A stretch of 64,000 nt of DNA. Source: an uncultured delta proteobacterium. GTDB taxonomy: Bacteria; Desulfobacterota; Binatia; UBA9968. The position numbers were made by a program, and so were the translations under genes. The DNA is taken from assembly GCA_963745835.1 (NCBI GenBank), contig CAVUZH010000019.1, positions 384,001-448,000 on the forward strand, read 5' to 3'. Position 1 is the stretch's first letter; every line of letters starts with the position of its first letter. Shown here piece by piece: positions 1 to 11,030 of this stretch. The notes below the pieces were generated by a model, which was not told the origin of the DNA, searched no databases, and worked only from the letters and a program-made list of their open reading frames with translations.

Positions 1-2
1 CG

Positions 3-395
3 ATGGAAGTTAGTAGCGCCGATCAATATGAGCGGGTATTCGATCAAACATTCAAGACGCGCGGCACCGGGTTGGCGGTACTGTCGAATGCATTAGCGGC
101 TTCTAGTCAGCAAACAATCGTTGATTTGGCGGCGAAACACCGGCTCGCGGCAATCTATTTTCGCAGGGAGTTTGTGGCTCTAGGTGGTTTGATGTCGTAC
201 GGACCGGATCAGACTGAGCGCTTCAGGCGCGCAGCCGCACTGATCGACAAAATCCTCAAGGGCGCAAAGCCCGCCGATCTCCCAATCGAGCAGCCGACCA
301 AATTCGAATTAGTGATCAATCTAAAAACAGCCAAGCAGATCGGCGTAACGATTCCGCCAAACGTGCTGGCGCGAGCGGACAGAGTGATTCGATAA
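3..395 (+). CDS. ABC_sub_bind SBP, 5' truncated by window edge
   Basis: [48 protein letters not shown]. Confidence 0.93.
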   Translation: MEVSSADQYERVFDQTFKTRGTGLAVLSNALAASSQQTIVDLAAKHRLAAIYFRREFVALGGLMSYGPDQTERFRRAAALIDKILKGAKPADLPIEQPTKFELVINLKTAKQIGVTIPPNVLARADRVIR

Positions 396-421
396 CGTGA
401 CGTGACGCAACGAGCAACAGT

Positions 422-1408
422 ATGCAAGCTTTGATTGCTGCCATTGCGGTGTGCGCGACATTGTCCGCGCCTGGCTCTCACGCCTCGGCGCAAACTGCGC
501 GTGGAGTTTACCGTCTCGGCTTTCTCTCCCCGTCTGGTACCCTCGAGCCTTCCATCCCGGGCACCGCAAACCTTGTCCCCAAGCTGCTGCGGGATTCCGG
601 CTATGTCGAAGGCCGAAACTTGGAAGTACAGCGCCGCTTCGCTGACGGCAGAATCGACCGTCTGCCACAATTGGCGAAGGAACTGGTCGATTTGCGCATG
701 GATGTAATTGTCGCCGTCAGCCCGACTGCCATCAAGCCTGCACTCGATGCGACCAAAACAATTCCCATCGTCATGGGATTCGGTAAGGATCCTGTCAGAG
801 ACGGATTCATCACCAGCCTTGCCAAACCCGGCGGAAACATAACGGGTGTCGTCGTTGCGCCCGAAGACGTGCTTGCAGGTAAGCGGTTGGAATTGATCAA
901 GGAGGCCGTCCCGCAGGCGGAGACCATCGCCCTTCTGGGGACAGGTGAGCCGAGCTCGCGATTGCAGGTTGAAGAGGCACAGAAAGTTGCGCCGGCGCTA
1001 AATGCGAAACTTCGAGTAGTTGAACTGCAGGACGGCGACTACGAGAAAGCCTTCCGGTTCATCGTGCAGGAGAAAGCCGGCGCCATGTTCGTGCTCGCAA
1101 GCCCAATCCTCAACGCAGGGCGCGATCGCATCATCGAACTCGCCGTGAAGCACCGTGTTCCGGCAATTTATGAGTGGCCGGAGCAAGCAGAGATCGGTGG
1201 TATGATGGCTTACGGCAGCAGTCTTGCAGCGTTATCACGGCGGGTGGCCTGGTACGTCGAGCGAATTCTGAAAGGGGCGAAACCCGGAGATCTCCCTGTG
1301 GAGCAACCGACGAAGTTCCAGTTGGTGATCAATCTCAAAACCGCCAACCAAATCGGTCTGACGATTCCACCGCACATTCTGGCGCGAGCGGATAGGGTGA
1401 TCAAATGA
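422..1408 (+). CDS. ABC_sub_bind SBP
   Basis: Signal peptide ending ASA-Q, family motifs, conserved tail. Confidence 0.95.
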   Translation: MQALIAAIAVCATLSAPGSHASAQTARGVYRLGFLSPSGTLEPSIPGTANLVPKLLRDSGYVEGRNLEVQRRFADGRIDRLPQLAKELVDLRMDVIVAVSPTAIKPALDATKTIPIVMGFGKDPVRDGFITSLAKPGGNITGVVVAPEDVLAGKRLELIKEAVPQAETIALLGTGEPSSRLQVEEAQKVAPALNAKLRVVELQDGDYEKAFRFIVQEKAGAMFVLASPILNAGRDRIIELAVKHRVPAIYEWPEQAEIGGMMAYGSSLAALSRRVAWYVERILKGAKPGDLPVEQPTKFQLVINLKTANQIGLTIPPHILARADRVIK

Positions 1409-1640
1409 GGCTGAGAGTCATTCAGGTCGTTATAGCTGTTCTGCTCTTTGCGCTTAGCTTTCCAGCCCAGGCGCAGCAGCTCAAGAGCGCCCTCGGATAG
1501 AATTCCTAACTATCTAGTCTCTTCTGTTTTTCCCAAGGGGCGCATTGTGCTTTTCGCAGCCGGCTATGCGAGCTTGAGTAGCTAGAGGGAAAGAACATTG
1601 CCATTGACATGGTGATATTCACAGACAAAACGGGATCGCT
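1405..1640 (+). pseudogene. Degraded N-terminal SBP fragment
   Basis: ATGA overlap; MRLRVIQVVIAVLLFALSFPAQAQQ then decayed RELG.EGKNIAI-like sequence; end approximate. Confidence 0.75.
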
Positions 1641-1904
1641 CCATTGTCAATCGCAAGACGGGCCAAGTAGTTGCTGTTCGTCGGACAGATCGAATTTCTG
1701 GAATGGACGCCGGACGATCACCTGAGACATCCACGATTTCCAACCTACGCAGCGATAAAGACCCGCACGTGATTATCCATGAGTAGCCGAATCAAGTCTG
1801 ATCTCCCCTGTTATCGAATTGCAACGCCTGAATGGCCTTTGGACGAAAAAAACCAGGTTTTCACGGGTTCCCTTTATAGCATACCCGTTGCCGTGGGACA
1901 GTGA

Positions 1905-2891
1905 TTGGTGAAGAAACAGCTCTCCTGGCTCGCCACGCCTCTACTGCTCGTCTGCCTTTCTTCCGTTGAGGCGCAGCAGCTCAAAAAAGCTCCTCGGCTC
2001 GGTTTTGTCGCCCTGAGTTCTTCAGTAGCCGGGGGAGGAAATCTCGAAGCGTTCCGCCAAGGACTTCGCGATTTGGGCTATTTCGAGGGCGATAATTTTT
2101 CGCTCGAGCCGCGTTGGGCTGATGGATGGGCAGAACGACTGCCCGGCATTCTCAACGATCTGATCCAGCAAAGAGTGGACATCATCGTGATTAGTAGTGC
2201 CGCCGGCGCGCTCGCGGCGAAAAAAGCGACCACGACGATTCCCGTCGTCTTTGCCGCAGTCACCGATCCTTTCGAGAATGGCCTTATCGCCAACCTGGCT
2301 CATCCGGGAGGCAACCTGACAGGAACCTCGTTAGCGGTTGGTGAGGGGTTTAGCGGTAAATGGGTAGAGTTTCTGAGAGAGGCTGTTCCGAAAGCTACCA
2401 GCTTTTCGGTGCTATGGAACCCGGGTCATCCCGTGGCGGCTGTGTTCGCCAGAGAGGCCGAATTGGCCGCTCGAGCTTTAGGTATCCGTCTGCGCTTTTT
2501 TGAAGCCCGTGATCCCAAGCATCTTGATACGGCACTTGCAAATATCGAAAGAGACCGCTCAGCGGCGCTCCTGGTAATCGCCGATCCCATTTTCTTCACT
2601 CAACGAAAGCTAATTGCGGACTTCGCAATCCGTCAGCGCTTACCGTCAACTTTCCTATTCAGAGAATTTGCCGAGGCGGGCGGCCTGATGTCTTACGGCC
2701 CGAGTATTACAGACTCTCACCGGCGTGCTGCCATATATGTGGACAAGATCCTGAAAGGCGCAAAGCCGAGCGATCTACCGGTGGAGCAGCCCACGAAGTA
2801 TGAGCTGGTCATAAACCTGAAAACAGCCACGCAGATCGGCGTAACGATTCCGCCCAACGTGCTGGCGCGAGCGGACAAAGTGATCAAATGA
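1905..2891 (+). CDS. ABC_sub_bind SBP
   Basis: VEAQQ signal cleavage site, family motifs, tail. Confidence 0.95.
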   Translation: MVKKQLSWLATPLLLVCLSSVEAQQLKKAPRLGFVALSSSVAGGGNLEAFRQGLRDLGYFEGDNFSLEPRWADGWAERLPGILNDLIQQRVDIIVISSAAGALAAKKATTTIPVVFAAVTDPFENGLIANLAHPGGNLTGTSLAVGEGFSGKWVEFLREAVPKATSFSVLWNPGHPVAAVFAREAELAARALGIRLRFFEARDPKHLDTALANIERDRSAALLVIADPIFFTQRKLIADFAIRQRLPSTFLFREFAEAGGLMSYGPSITDSHRRAAIYVDKILKGAKPSDLPVEQPTKYELVINLKTATQIGVTIPPNVLARADKVIK

Positions 2892-2990
2892 TTTCCGCCG
2901 GGAGAATCATTCGCTTTTTGCGCTAGGCGTTATGTTGTTGGTTATTAGCTTTTCAGCGCAGGCGCTGCAGCCTGAAGAGGCGTCCTAGGA
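2888..2990 (+). pseudogene. Signal-peptide-only SBP remnant
   Basis: ATGA overlap; frameshifted hydrophobic stretch ending FSAQALQP; end approximate. Confidence 0.55.
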
Positions 2991-3025
2991 ATGTGCGCAT
3001 CTGGGGCGGCATCCAATTCAGAAAT

Positions 3026-3232
3026 TCACTGGAAGTGGGCTATGACATGGGTCAGAAGATCGCCGCTTATCTGATCGATAACTCTCTCAAGCCGGTGCGT
3101 TGAAGAGGTTGCAACGGCTACGCCGCTGCGCCAGTACGTGATCTGCATCGCCGCGGGATCAGGATGAATAGCTAGACGTACTGAACTCGAGCTATATGGA
3201 GTCCGCCATTTCGAGCCATAGGCAGAGCGCAT
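3026..3232 (-). CDS. Small hypothetical protein (68 aa) or remnant, antisense cargo
   Basis: TAAGGAG Shine-Dalgarno 9 nt upstream of ATG 3232; no recognisable family. Confidence 0.35.
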   Translation of the reverse strand: MRSAYGSKWRTPYSSSSVRLAIHPDPAAMQITYWRSGVAVATSSTHRLERVIDQISGDLLTHVIAHFQ

Positions 3233-3274
3233 ACTCACCCACTCCTTAAGTATGCTAATCAATGCTGCCCGGCC

Positions 3275-3409
3275 GTGTTTCCGCCCAACGTTCTGACTTT
3301 CGCAGATAAAGTTTTGCGCTAGCCGAACGATCTAAAATCAAAATCAAAAATCTAAATCGCTAGGGTCGCGCCGAATGCGCTGGCGCGCACGAACAAGGTG
3401 CTCAGGTAA
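3275..3409 (+). repeat. Double orphan SBP tail with heptamer spacer (empty unit)
   Basis: VFPPNVLTFADKVLR* + ccgaacgatctaaaatcaaaatcaaaaatctaaatcg + PNALARTNKVLR*. Confidence 0.75.
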
Positions 3410-3414
3410 AACCG

Positions 3415-4392
3415 ATGAATGGAAAGCTCGCTTGGCTGATCGTTTTATGCCTCCTCGCATCTATCCAATTGGCGCAGGCACAGCCACGGATCTATTCGGT
3501 AGGACTCCTTTCACTCGGAACCACTGTCACTGCGGAGGTTCAAGGCTTGCGCGACGGTCTGAGGGCAGCCGGATACGTTGAGGGAAAGAATCTGATTTTT
3601 GATGTAGGAGTAGCGAAAACTTATGAGGAACTACGTCCGGTTGCGCAGTCTTTCGTAGAGAAGAATTTCGACGTCATTGTCAGTACCGGTGCATCCGCAC
3701 CGCTCATTGCCAAACAATCGACACAAATCATTCCGATCGTGTTTCTCGGTGGTGCCGACCCTGTTCAAGTAGGACTCGTTAAATCACTGGGACATCCCGG
3801 AGGGAACATCACTGGAATCGCTCGCTACAGGGACACTGAAATCTACGGAAAACGGCTTGAGGTTTTCAAGGAAGCTGTGCCGAATTTGCGAAGAGTCACT
3901 GTGCTTTACAATGCCCGCGGTGAAAATCCGACGCATTTCGCAAGCCTTAAATTGCTCCAAAAAATCGCACCGAGGCTGGGCGTCACGCTCATCGAAAAGC
4001 CGATCAAAACAGTCAGTGAAATGGAAAACGTTATTTCGGATATCTCCAGAGATATCATGGATGGTTTGTTCCCGATATGCGCCACGATGTTCAGGGATTT
4101 GACTAAGTATATGGCTGAGACGGCAAGTCAAAGAAAGGTTGCGTTGTTCGGTTGCAGCCCTCTTGTAGTGACGGATTTCGGGGCTCTGTTGTACTACGGT
4201 GCGGACAATTACCGAATGGGACAACGAGGTGCCTGGTACATTGACCGCCTTCTCAAAGGCGCCAAGCCGCAAGATCTGCCAGTAGAAATTCCGAGTTATT
4301 TCGAAATGATCGTAAATCTAAAAACTGCCAAGCAGCTCGGCCTAACGATTCCGCCCAACGTGCTGGCGCGAGCGGATCGAGTTATTAGATGA
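3415..4392 (+). CDS. ABC_sub_bind SBP (divergent)
   Basis: AQAQ signal site, family motifs, tail. Confidence 0.95.
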   Translation: MNGKLAWLIVLCLLASIQLAQAQPRIYSVGLLSLGTTVTAEVQGLRDGLRAAGYVEGKNLIFDVGVAKTYEELRPVAQSFVEKNFDVIVSTGASAPLIAKQSTQIIPIVFLGGADPVQVGLVKSLGHPGGNITGIARYRDTEIYGKRLEVFKEAVPNLRRVTVLYNARGENPTHFASLKLLQKIAPRLGVTLIEKPIKTVSEMENVISDISRDIMDGLFPICATMFRDLTKYMAETASQRKVALFGCSPLVVTDFGALLYYGADNYRMGQRGAWYIDRLLKGAKPQDLPVEIPSYFEMIVNLKTAKQLGLTIPPNVLARADRVIR

Positions 4393-5416
4393 AAGTAGTC
4401 GTGAGTGGTCAGCAGTCAGTCTCAAAAACGCATTTTGTTTAACGCTCAGCGCTTTGCTCGTTTCGCTTTCATAGCGGCGGCGGCGACGTAAGAATTCCCA
4501 CGGGTCGGCATCGCCACAGGCGATCGAGAAGAACGCCGAAGCAGCACGCATCGAGTTCCATCCGGCAGGCCTGCGCGAGATGGGGTATATCGAAGGAAAA
4601 AATATCTTGAGTGAATACCGATTTTATGGCGAACAATTTGAACGTATTCCCACAGTCGTAAACGAGCTCGTACAGAGCAAGGTAGACGTCCTCGTACTTG
4701 AGAAACTTCCGGGCTATTCGGGCAGCCAAAGAAGCGACCAAGACTGTCCCTATCGTTATGGTCACGACACAAAATCCCGTCGAGGCTAAGATCGTCGACA
4801 GTTTGGCACGGCCGGGAGGCAATATTACCGGGGCTAACGAGACTTACACCGAGATTTAAGCGGGAAGCGTCTTGGAGTTACTGAAGGAGGTGCTCCGGCG
4901 CGGCACTCGCGGGAATGGTCTCGGGACGTCAAGGCCCGATGCTGAGACATCAGGATCCGCCATCGCTTATCGTGAATATGAGGCCGCCGCCGGCCCTCTG
5001 AAGCGTTCAAGCTGCAATCTCTCGAGGTACGCGGACCCGAAACCTGACTTCAACCGTGTTCTCCAGGCGGCGAAGGGACGTGTCGATGCGCTGATGATTA
5101 TACATAACGCCTTCATAGTGAATTACCGTATGGAAATTGCCGACCTGGCGATTAAACATCGCTTGCCCAGTATAAATGAAGGTAGCGCATACGTCGAAGC
5201 TGGGGGCCTGATGTCGTATGCCACCAGCGACGTCGAACTTTACAGGCGCTCTGCGTGTGTACATCGATAAAATCCTAAAAGGCGCCAAGCCCGCGGAATT
5301 GCCGGTAGAGCAGCCGACAAAGTTCGAACTACTGATCAATCTGAAAACAGCCAAGCAGATCGGCCTAACCATTCCGCCAAACGTGTCTGGCAAGGGCGGA
5401 CAAGATAATTAAGTGA
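4389..5416 (+). pseudogene. SBP with multiple frameshifts
   Basis: Pieces in ORFs 4580..4789, 4872..5270, 5218..5412 reconstitute one SBP. Confidence 0.85.
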
Positions 5417-5738
5417 AAACGAGTACGAGGATCATTCAGCTTGTGTTCAGCACTATGCTCTTGGCCCTCGGCTTTGCCGCCCATGCCCAGCAGGCGGGTA
5501 AGATTAGCCGAATAGTTTACGTTTCGACGGCAGGCGATCCCAAGAATCCTAGATCTGAGAGAGAGGCATTCCAAGAAGGGTTACGGGATTTCGGCTATGT
5601 CGACGCGCCACGACCGCGCTCAAAAGTGTTCAGCCAACGGGAAACGTCGCGTTCACCATTGATCTCGATATTGTCAGGCAGATTGGCTTGACGACTCCGC
5701 CGAATGTCTTGGCGCGGGCGGATCGGGTATTCAAATGA
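5413..5738 (+). pseudogene. Internally deleted SBP (N-terminus joined to tail)
   Basis: MKTSTRII..AHAQQ..GLRDFGYV then, in another frame, [36 protein letters not shown]. Confidence 0.8.
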
Positions 5739-5783
5739 AAAAGCAAAAGTAAAAATTAAAAATGAACAAATAGCCATGGGGAC

Positions 5784-6761
5784 ATGAAGAAAAAAATCTC
5801 GGTCATTACTCTTATCGCCATGCTCCTTGGGCTTTGTTCAATCGCCAATGCGCAGCAGCAAGAAAAAATTCCACGGATAGGTTTTCTTTCCGTCGCTTCT
5901 ATTGCGTCTCTGTCGCCCCGGCTCGATGCCTTCCGGGAAGGACTGCAGAAGTTCGGTTATGTCGAAGGCAAAAACATCGCGTTTGAATACCGATCCGCCG
6001 AAGGAAAAACCGCTCGGTTGCCGGAGCTGGCGTCCGAGTTGGTTCGTCTCAAAGTCGATTGTATCGTGACGGCCGGGACGGTGCCGACTCGCGCTGCCAA
6101 GCAAGCCACCAATACAATCCCGATCGTGATGACAAGTCCCGGCAATCCTGTTCAGTCAGGGCTTGTTGTTAGTCTTGCACGCCCAGGCGGAAACCTAACG
6201 GGGGTGAGTTCGTTTTCCTCGGACTTGGCCGGCAAGCGGCTCGAGTTGCTCAAAGAAACTATTCCAAATCTTTCTCGGGTTGCTACTTTCTGGAACCTGA
6301 GCAGTACGGACCTCTTCCGCAAAGAGACCGAGCAGGCGGCGGAGTTGCTAAAAGTGCAGCTCGTAGCAATAGAAATTCGCAGTCTTGACGGTTTACAAGA
6401 CGCTTTCGGATCCCTTGCTAGGGAGCGTGCAAACGCTGCCATCATAGGCGGCGGCGGGTTTTTCGTCACTCACCAAACGAGAATGATCGAGTTGGCGACA
6501 AAGCACCGGATGCCGGCGATGTATCCGGAGCTGGAATTCGTGCTGGCCGGAGGCCTGATGACCTACGGAACTAGCGTTCCCGATCTGTACCGGCGTGCGG
6601 CGACGTACGTCGATAAGATCCTCAAAGGTGCAAAGCCCGCCGATCTGCCCGTTGAGCAACCAACGAAGTTCAAATTGATCATCAATTTATCAGCCGCCAA
6701 GCAGATCGATCTCGCGATTCCGCAGAAGGTGCTGGCGCGGGCGGATAGGGTGATTCGATGA
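5784..6761 (+). CDS. ABC_sub_bind SBP
   Basis: Intact ORF, signal peptide, motifs, tail. Confidence 0.95.
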   Translation: MKKKISVITLIAMLLGLCSIANAQQQEKIPRIGFLSVASIASLSPRLDAFREGLQKFGYVEGKNIAFEYRSAEGKTARLPELASELVRLKVDCIVTAGTVPTRAAKQATNTIPIVMTSPGNPVQSGLVVSLARPGGNLTGVSSFSSDLAGKRLELLKETIPNLSRVATFWNLSSTDLFRKETEQAAELLKVQLVAIEIRSLDGLQDAFGSLARERANAAIIGGGGFFVTHQTRMIELATKHRMPAMYPELEFVLAGGLMTYGTSVPDLYRRAATYVDKILKGAKPADLPVEQPTKFKLIINLSAAKQIDLAIPQKVLARADRVIR

Positions 6762-7829
6762 ACACGTGGAGTAATGGAGTGGTGGAGTCATGGAGTGGTG
6801 GGTCAATCCGGATGAAAGCAGTACTCCAATACTCCAACATTTCAATTCTCCGATTGAGATTGTGTCTTACCCTTTGCGCCATGCTCTTTGCACTTTGCGC
6901 GTCCGCCGAGGCGCAGCAGGCAAAGAAGATCCCGCGCATCGGATTCCTAGGTGCTGCCTCCGCTTCCGCCAACTCGGCGCGGCTCGAGGCATTCCGGCAA
7001 GGGTTGCGCGAGCTTGGCTATGCCGAGGGAAACAACATCATCATTGAATATCGATATGCAGACGGCAGACCCGAAGGTCCTCCCGACACTTGCAGCGGAA
7101 CTGGTCGGTCTCAATGTTAATGCCATCATTTCAGGTGGTGCAGCAGCAACCCGCCCCGCGAAGCAAGCAACCGCTACGATTCCCATTATAATGACAGGAG
7201 ATAACGACCCTGTTGGGTCTGGGTTCGTAGCTAACCTTGCGCGACCTGGAGGAAACGTTACTGGGTTGTCCACTCTTACGAATGAACTCAATGGAAAACG
7301 GCTGGAGCTTCTCAAGGAGATGATTCCTAGGCTCTCGCGCGTGGCCGTTCTGGGCGTTCCAAACACCCCGCGTAATGACAAAGCGTTAAACGAGACGGAA
7401 CTTGCCGCAGGCGCGCTCAGAATCCAGGTTCAATACCTCAACGTACTAAGCCGCGAAGATATTGAGAGTGCATTTCGAGAGGCAGGCAGTGGGCGCGCCG
7501 ACGCAGTCCTCTTGCTGGGCGGCTCGGTGTTTGTTCTTGAGCGAAGGCAGATTGCGGCGCTTGCGGTGAAGAGCCGACTCCCGACGATACATTACAGGCA
7601 GGAGTTTGTGGAAGACGGTGGGCTTATGAGCTATGCGACAAGCCTTGCCGACTTATCTCGGCGTGCTGCAATTTATGTAGACAAGATCCTGAAAGGCGCA
7701 AAACCCGCCGAGTTGCCCGTCGAGCAACCGACCAAGTTCGAGCTAGTGATCAATTTGCACGCGGCCAAGCAGATCGGCCTTAGGATTCCGCTGAACGTAC
7801 TGGCGCGGGCGGACAGGGTGATCAAATGA
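6758..7829 (+). pseudogene. SBP with one frameshift near 7075
   Basis: ORFs 6758..7120 and 6951..7829 join at YADGRP/LPTLAAEL; may be a sequencing error. Confidence 0.8.
6767..6846. repeat. TGGAGTNN octamer repeats with inverted ACTCCAAT arm (leader hairpin)
   Basis: tggagtaatggagtggtggagtcatggagtggtggg ... actccaatactccaac; related copy at ~27284-27355. Confidence 0.75.
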
Positions 7830-7830
7830 C

Positions 7831-7968
7831 ATTTTGGATTTTCGATTTTAGATTTTGGATTGAAAGCCGGAAAAGAACTGATGAACGCATTTTCTTCTAA
7901 GTCTCTTTCTGACAATCCAAAACCTGTCCTGAGCCGTGTCGAAGGGTCGGCAATCCCAAATCGAAAAT
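7831..7968. repeat. ATTTTNN / NNAAAAT heptamer inverted-repeat leader
   Basis: attttggattttcgattttagattttggattg ... caatccaaaa..caatcccaaatcgaaaat. Confidence 0.85.
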
Positions 7969-8962
7969 GGCTGGAGCTTTGGGTATTCATTTTGGTGCTC
8001 CTGCTGACCGGGGCTGTGGTTCAAGCGCAGCAGCCGGCAAAGATCCTTCGCATTGGGTTCCTGGATTCAAGTACTGCTTCTGGTAGCACGGTCCTCGTGG
8101 AGGCGTTCCGACAAGAGCTTAGCAACCTTGGTTGGATCGAGGGAAAGAATATCAGCGTCGAGTACCGATTTGCAGAGGGAAAACCTGGGCGGCTGCCTGA
8201 CCTTGCCGCGGACCTAGTTCGTCTTAAGGTTGATCTAATTGTGGTTTCGGGGGGGCCGACGCCGTTCGCGGCGAAGAAAGCAACTAGCACTATCCCCATC
8301 GTAATGGCGACCTCTACGGATCCAGTGGCTGCAGGTGTGGTTGCCAGTCTGGCTCGGCCGGGAGGAAATGTCACCGGTCTTTCGGGTTTATCGCCCGAAC
8401 TCGGCACCAAAAGGCTGGAGATACTCAAGGACGCAATTCCACAGCTGGTCCGAGTTGCGCTTCTGCGGCCGCCGGGAAATGACATAACTTCTATCATCAC
8501 CATCAGACATCCAAGTGAAGGAGCTCAGGTCTGCGGCGCCCGCACTAAAGCTAAAAATCGAGGAGATCGGGGCACAAGCTGACGCCAAAGGGTTAGAAAG
8601 CGGATTTCAAACCGCAAAGCAGAAGCAGGTAGGGGCGATTATGACAACAAGTGGTCGCACTTTTTTCGCCGAAAGAAAGCGGATCGTCGAGCTTGCCGGC
8701 AAATACCGGTTGCCGGCTATTTACCCGCAGAAGGAGTATGTTGACGCCGGCGGTCTCATGTCCTACGGGGCGGACATCGCTGACTCTATTTCGGCGCGCG
8801 GCTGGTTACGTGGACAAGATCTTGAAAGGCGCCAAGCCGGCTGATCTGCCGGTGCAGCAGGCGACAAAGTTTGAATTCGTCATCAACCTTAAAGCGGCAA
8901 AACAAATCGGTCTGACGATTCCGAACCGTGTGCTGGAGCGGGCGAATCAAGTGATTCGGTGA
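7881..8962 (+). pseudogene. SBP with two frameshifts
   Basis: ORFs 7860..8582, 8515..8844, 8651..8962; close paralog of 26111..27205. Confidence 0.82.
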
Positions 8963-8997
8963 GGCGTGAGCCGTGAGGCGTCAGGCGTCGGAGCAAG

Positions 8998-10038
8998 ATG
9001 GTCTTTAATCTAAAATCCAAAACCTGTACTGAGCGACGTCGAAGTATCCAAAATCTAAAATGGGTGGGGATTTTTGCAATCGTTCTCACGCTTGCGGCGT
9101 GGGGGACCAGGGCAGAGGCGCAGCAGCCAACAAAAATTCCGAGGGTAGGATATCTAACCCTCTCGCATCTTTCCGCAATCACCAACCGCACCGACGCATT
9201 TCGCCGAGGTCTGCGTGACCTTGGGTATGTCGAAGGGAAAAATATTGTCATCGAGTGGCGACCCGCAGAAGGAAAATTCGATCGTCTCGCCGCGCTCGCC
9301 GCCGAGCTTGTGCGGCTCAAGGTGGACGTTATCGTCACAGGTGGCGAGGCAGCAACCCGTCCCGCTAAGGAAGCCACCGCATTGATTCCCATCATCATGA
9401 CGCAGGACGACGATCCCGTTGGAGCTGGTTTTGTCGCGAGTCTCTCAAAACCGGGCGGGAATATTACTGGATTGTCCACGCTCGCGCCGGAGAGAAGCGC
9501 AAAGCGACTGGAGCTTTTGAAGGAAATCGTTCCCGGGCTCTCGCGTGTAGCTATCTTCGGTACTTCGACAGAACCGAACAATGCGCGAGAGTTAAAAGAG
9601 ATCGAAGTCGCCGCAGAGGCATTGGGAATTAAGCTTCAATACCGAGACGTACTAAGTCTCAAGGATGTTGAGATTGCGTTCAGAGCTGCGGTCAAGGACA
9701 GGGCTGGGGCAGTTCTAAAGAACGTGTCCGGCCCCATCACTAATGCTCACCGGAAAGAGATCGCAGAGCTCGCTATTAAGAGCAGGGTCCCAGTGATATA
9801 TGGCCGGCGAGAACCCGTCGAAGCCGGGGGGCTCATGTCATATGGCGTGAGCGTTGATGACTTGGACCGACGTGCTGCGATCTACGTGGACAAAATTCTC
9901 AAAGGCGCGAAGCCGGCCGATCTTCCCGTCGAGCAGCCGACAAAGTTCGAGCTGGTGATCAATCTGAAAGCTGCGAAGCAGATCGACCTAATGATTCCGC
10001 CCAACGTGCTGGCGCGGGCGGATAAGGTGATCAGATGA
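8998..10038 (+). CDS. ABC_sub_bind SBP
   Basis: Intact ORF; n-region derived from heptamer repeats (NLKSK..IQNLKW). Confidence 0.94.
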   Translation: MVFNLKSKTCTERRRSIQNLKWVGIFAIVLTLAAWGTRAEAQQPTKIPRVGYLTLSHLSAITNRTDAFRRGLRDLGYVEGKNIVIEWRPAEGKFDRLAALAAELVRLKVDVIVTGGEAATRPAKEATALIPIIMTQDDDPVGAGFVASLSKPGGNITGLSTLAPERSAKRLELLKEIVPGLSRVAIFGTSTEPNNARELKEIEVAAEALGIKLQYRDVLSLKDVEIAFRAAVKDRAGAVLKNVSGPITNAHRKEIAELAIKSRVPVIYGRREPVEAGGLMSYGVSVDDLDRRAAIYVDKILKGAKPADLPVEQPTKFELVINLKAAKQIDLMIPPNVLARADKVIR

Positions 10039-11030
10039 ACGTGTTGCGCAAACTCGTTTACTTCGCATCAGCCACTATGCTCTTAGGCTTCCGCACAGCG
10101 GAACCACAACAACCGACAAAAATACCGCGCATTGGTTACGTCTCCGGCACAGGCAACTCTACGGACCAGGGACCCTATGTCGAAGCACTGCGACAGGGGC
10201 TGCGAGATCTCGGTCATGTTGAAGGACGAAGCTTCGCAATCGAGTTTCGCGGCGCGGAGGGAAAGCTGGACCGTATTCACGGCATCATAAATGATCTCGT
10301 GAAACTTAAGGTCGATGTGCTCGTCGTCCCAATTCGAGCGGCAATTTTTTCTGCAAGGGAGGCGACCAATACCATTCCTATCGTCATGATAGCTGGTACA
10401 GATCCAGTTGCGGATGGGCTGGTCAATAGCTTGGCACGTCCAGGCGGGAATATCACCGGGCTTAGCACGCTTACCCGGGACTTAGGCGGAAAGCGGTTTG
10501 AATTGCTTGCAGAAGTGCTTCCGCAACTGTCGCGAGTCGGAGTACTCAACAAATCAGACGAACCATCCGCAGCTGCTGGTGTTTTCGAGCAGTATCGGAC
10601 TGCGGCGAACGCTCTGAAAATACAGATCCAATCTCTGGAAGTGCGCGGTCAGAATCCCGATTTGGAGGACGCATTCCGAACTGCGGTCAAGGGGCGCGTG
10701 AATGCGATGATCACAATCACGAGTGCCCCGCTTTTTCTACAGCGAAAGCGAATCGCCGATTTGGCAATAACGCACCGCCTACCGACGCTCTATCAAGGAA
10801 GTGCCTGGGTGGAAGCAGGTGGACTCATGTCCTATTCAATAAACGAGATCGAGGCTTTTCGTTATGCCGCGACCTATGTGGACAAAATATTGAAAGGTGC
10901 CAACCCCGCTGATTTACCGATCGAGCAGCCGACGAAGTTCGAATTCGTCATCAATCTGAAAGCCGCCAAACAGATCGGCCTCACGATTCCGCCAACGTGC
11001 TGGCGCGGGCGGATCAAAGTCATCAGATGA
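10035..11030 (+). CDS. ABC_sub_bind SBP (compensated -1/+1 indels in tail)
   Basis: Tail reads IPPTCWRGRIKVIR instead of [14 protein letters not shown]. Confidence 0.9.
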   Translation: MNVLRKLVYFASATMLLGFRTAEPQQPTKIPRIGYVSGTGNSTDQGPYVEALRQGLRDLGHVEGRSFAIEFRGAEGKLDRIHGIINDLVKLKVDVLVVPIRAAIFSAREATNTIPIVMIAGTDPVADGLVNSLARPGGNITGLSTLTRDLGGKRFELLAEVLPQLSRVGVLNKSDEPSAAAGVFEQYRTAANALKIQIQSLEVRGQNPDLEDAFRTAVKGRVNAMITITSAPLFLQRKRIADLAITHRLPTLYQGSAWVEAGGLMSYSINEIEAFRYAATYVDKILKGANPADLPIEQPTKFEFVINLKAAKQIGLTIPPTCWRGRIKVIR

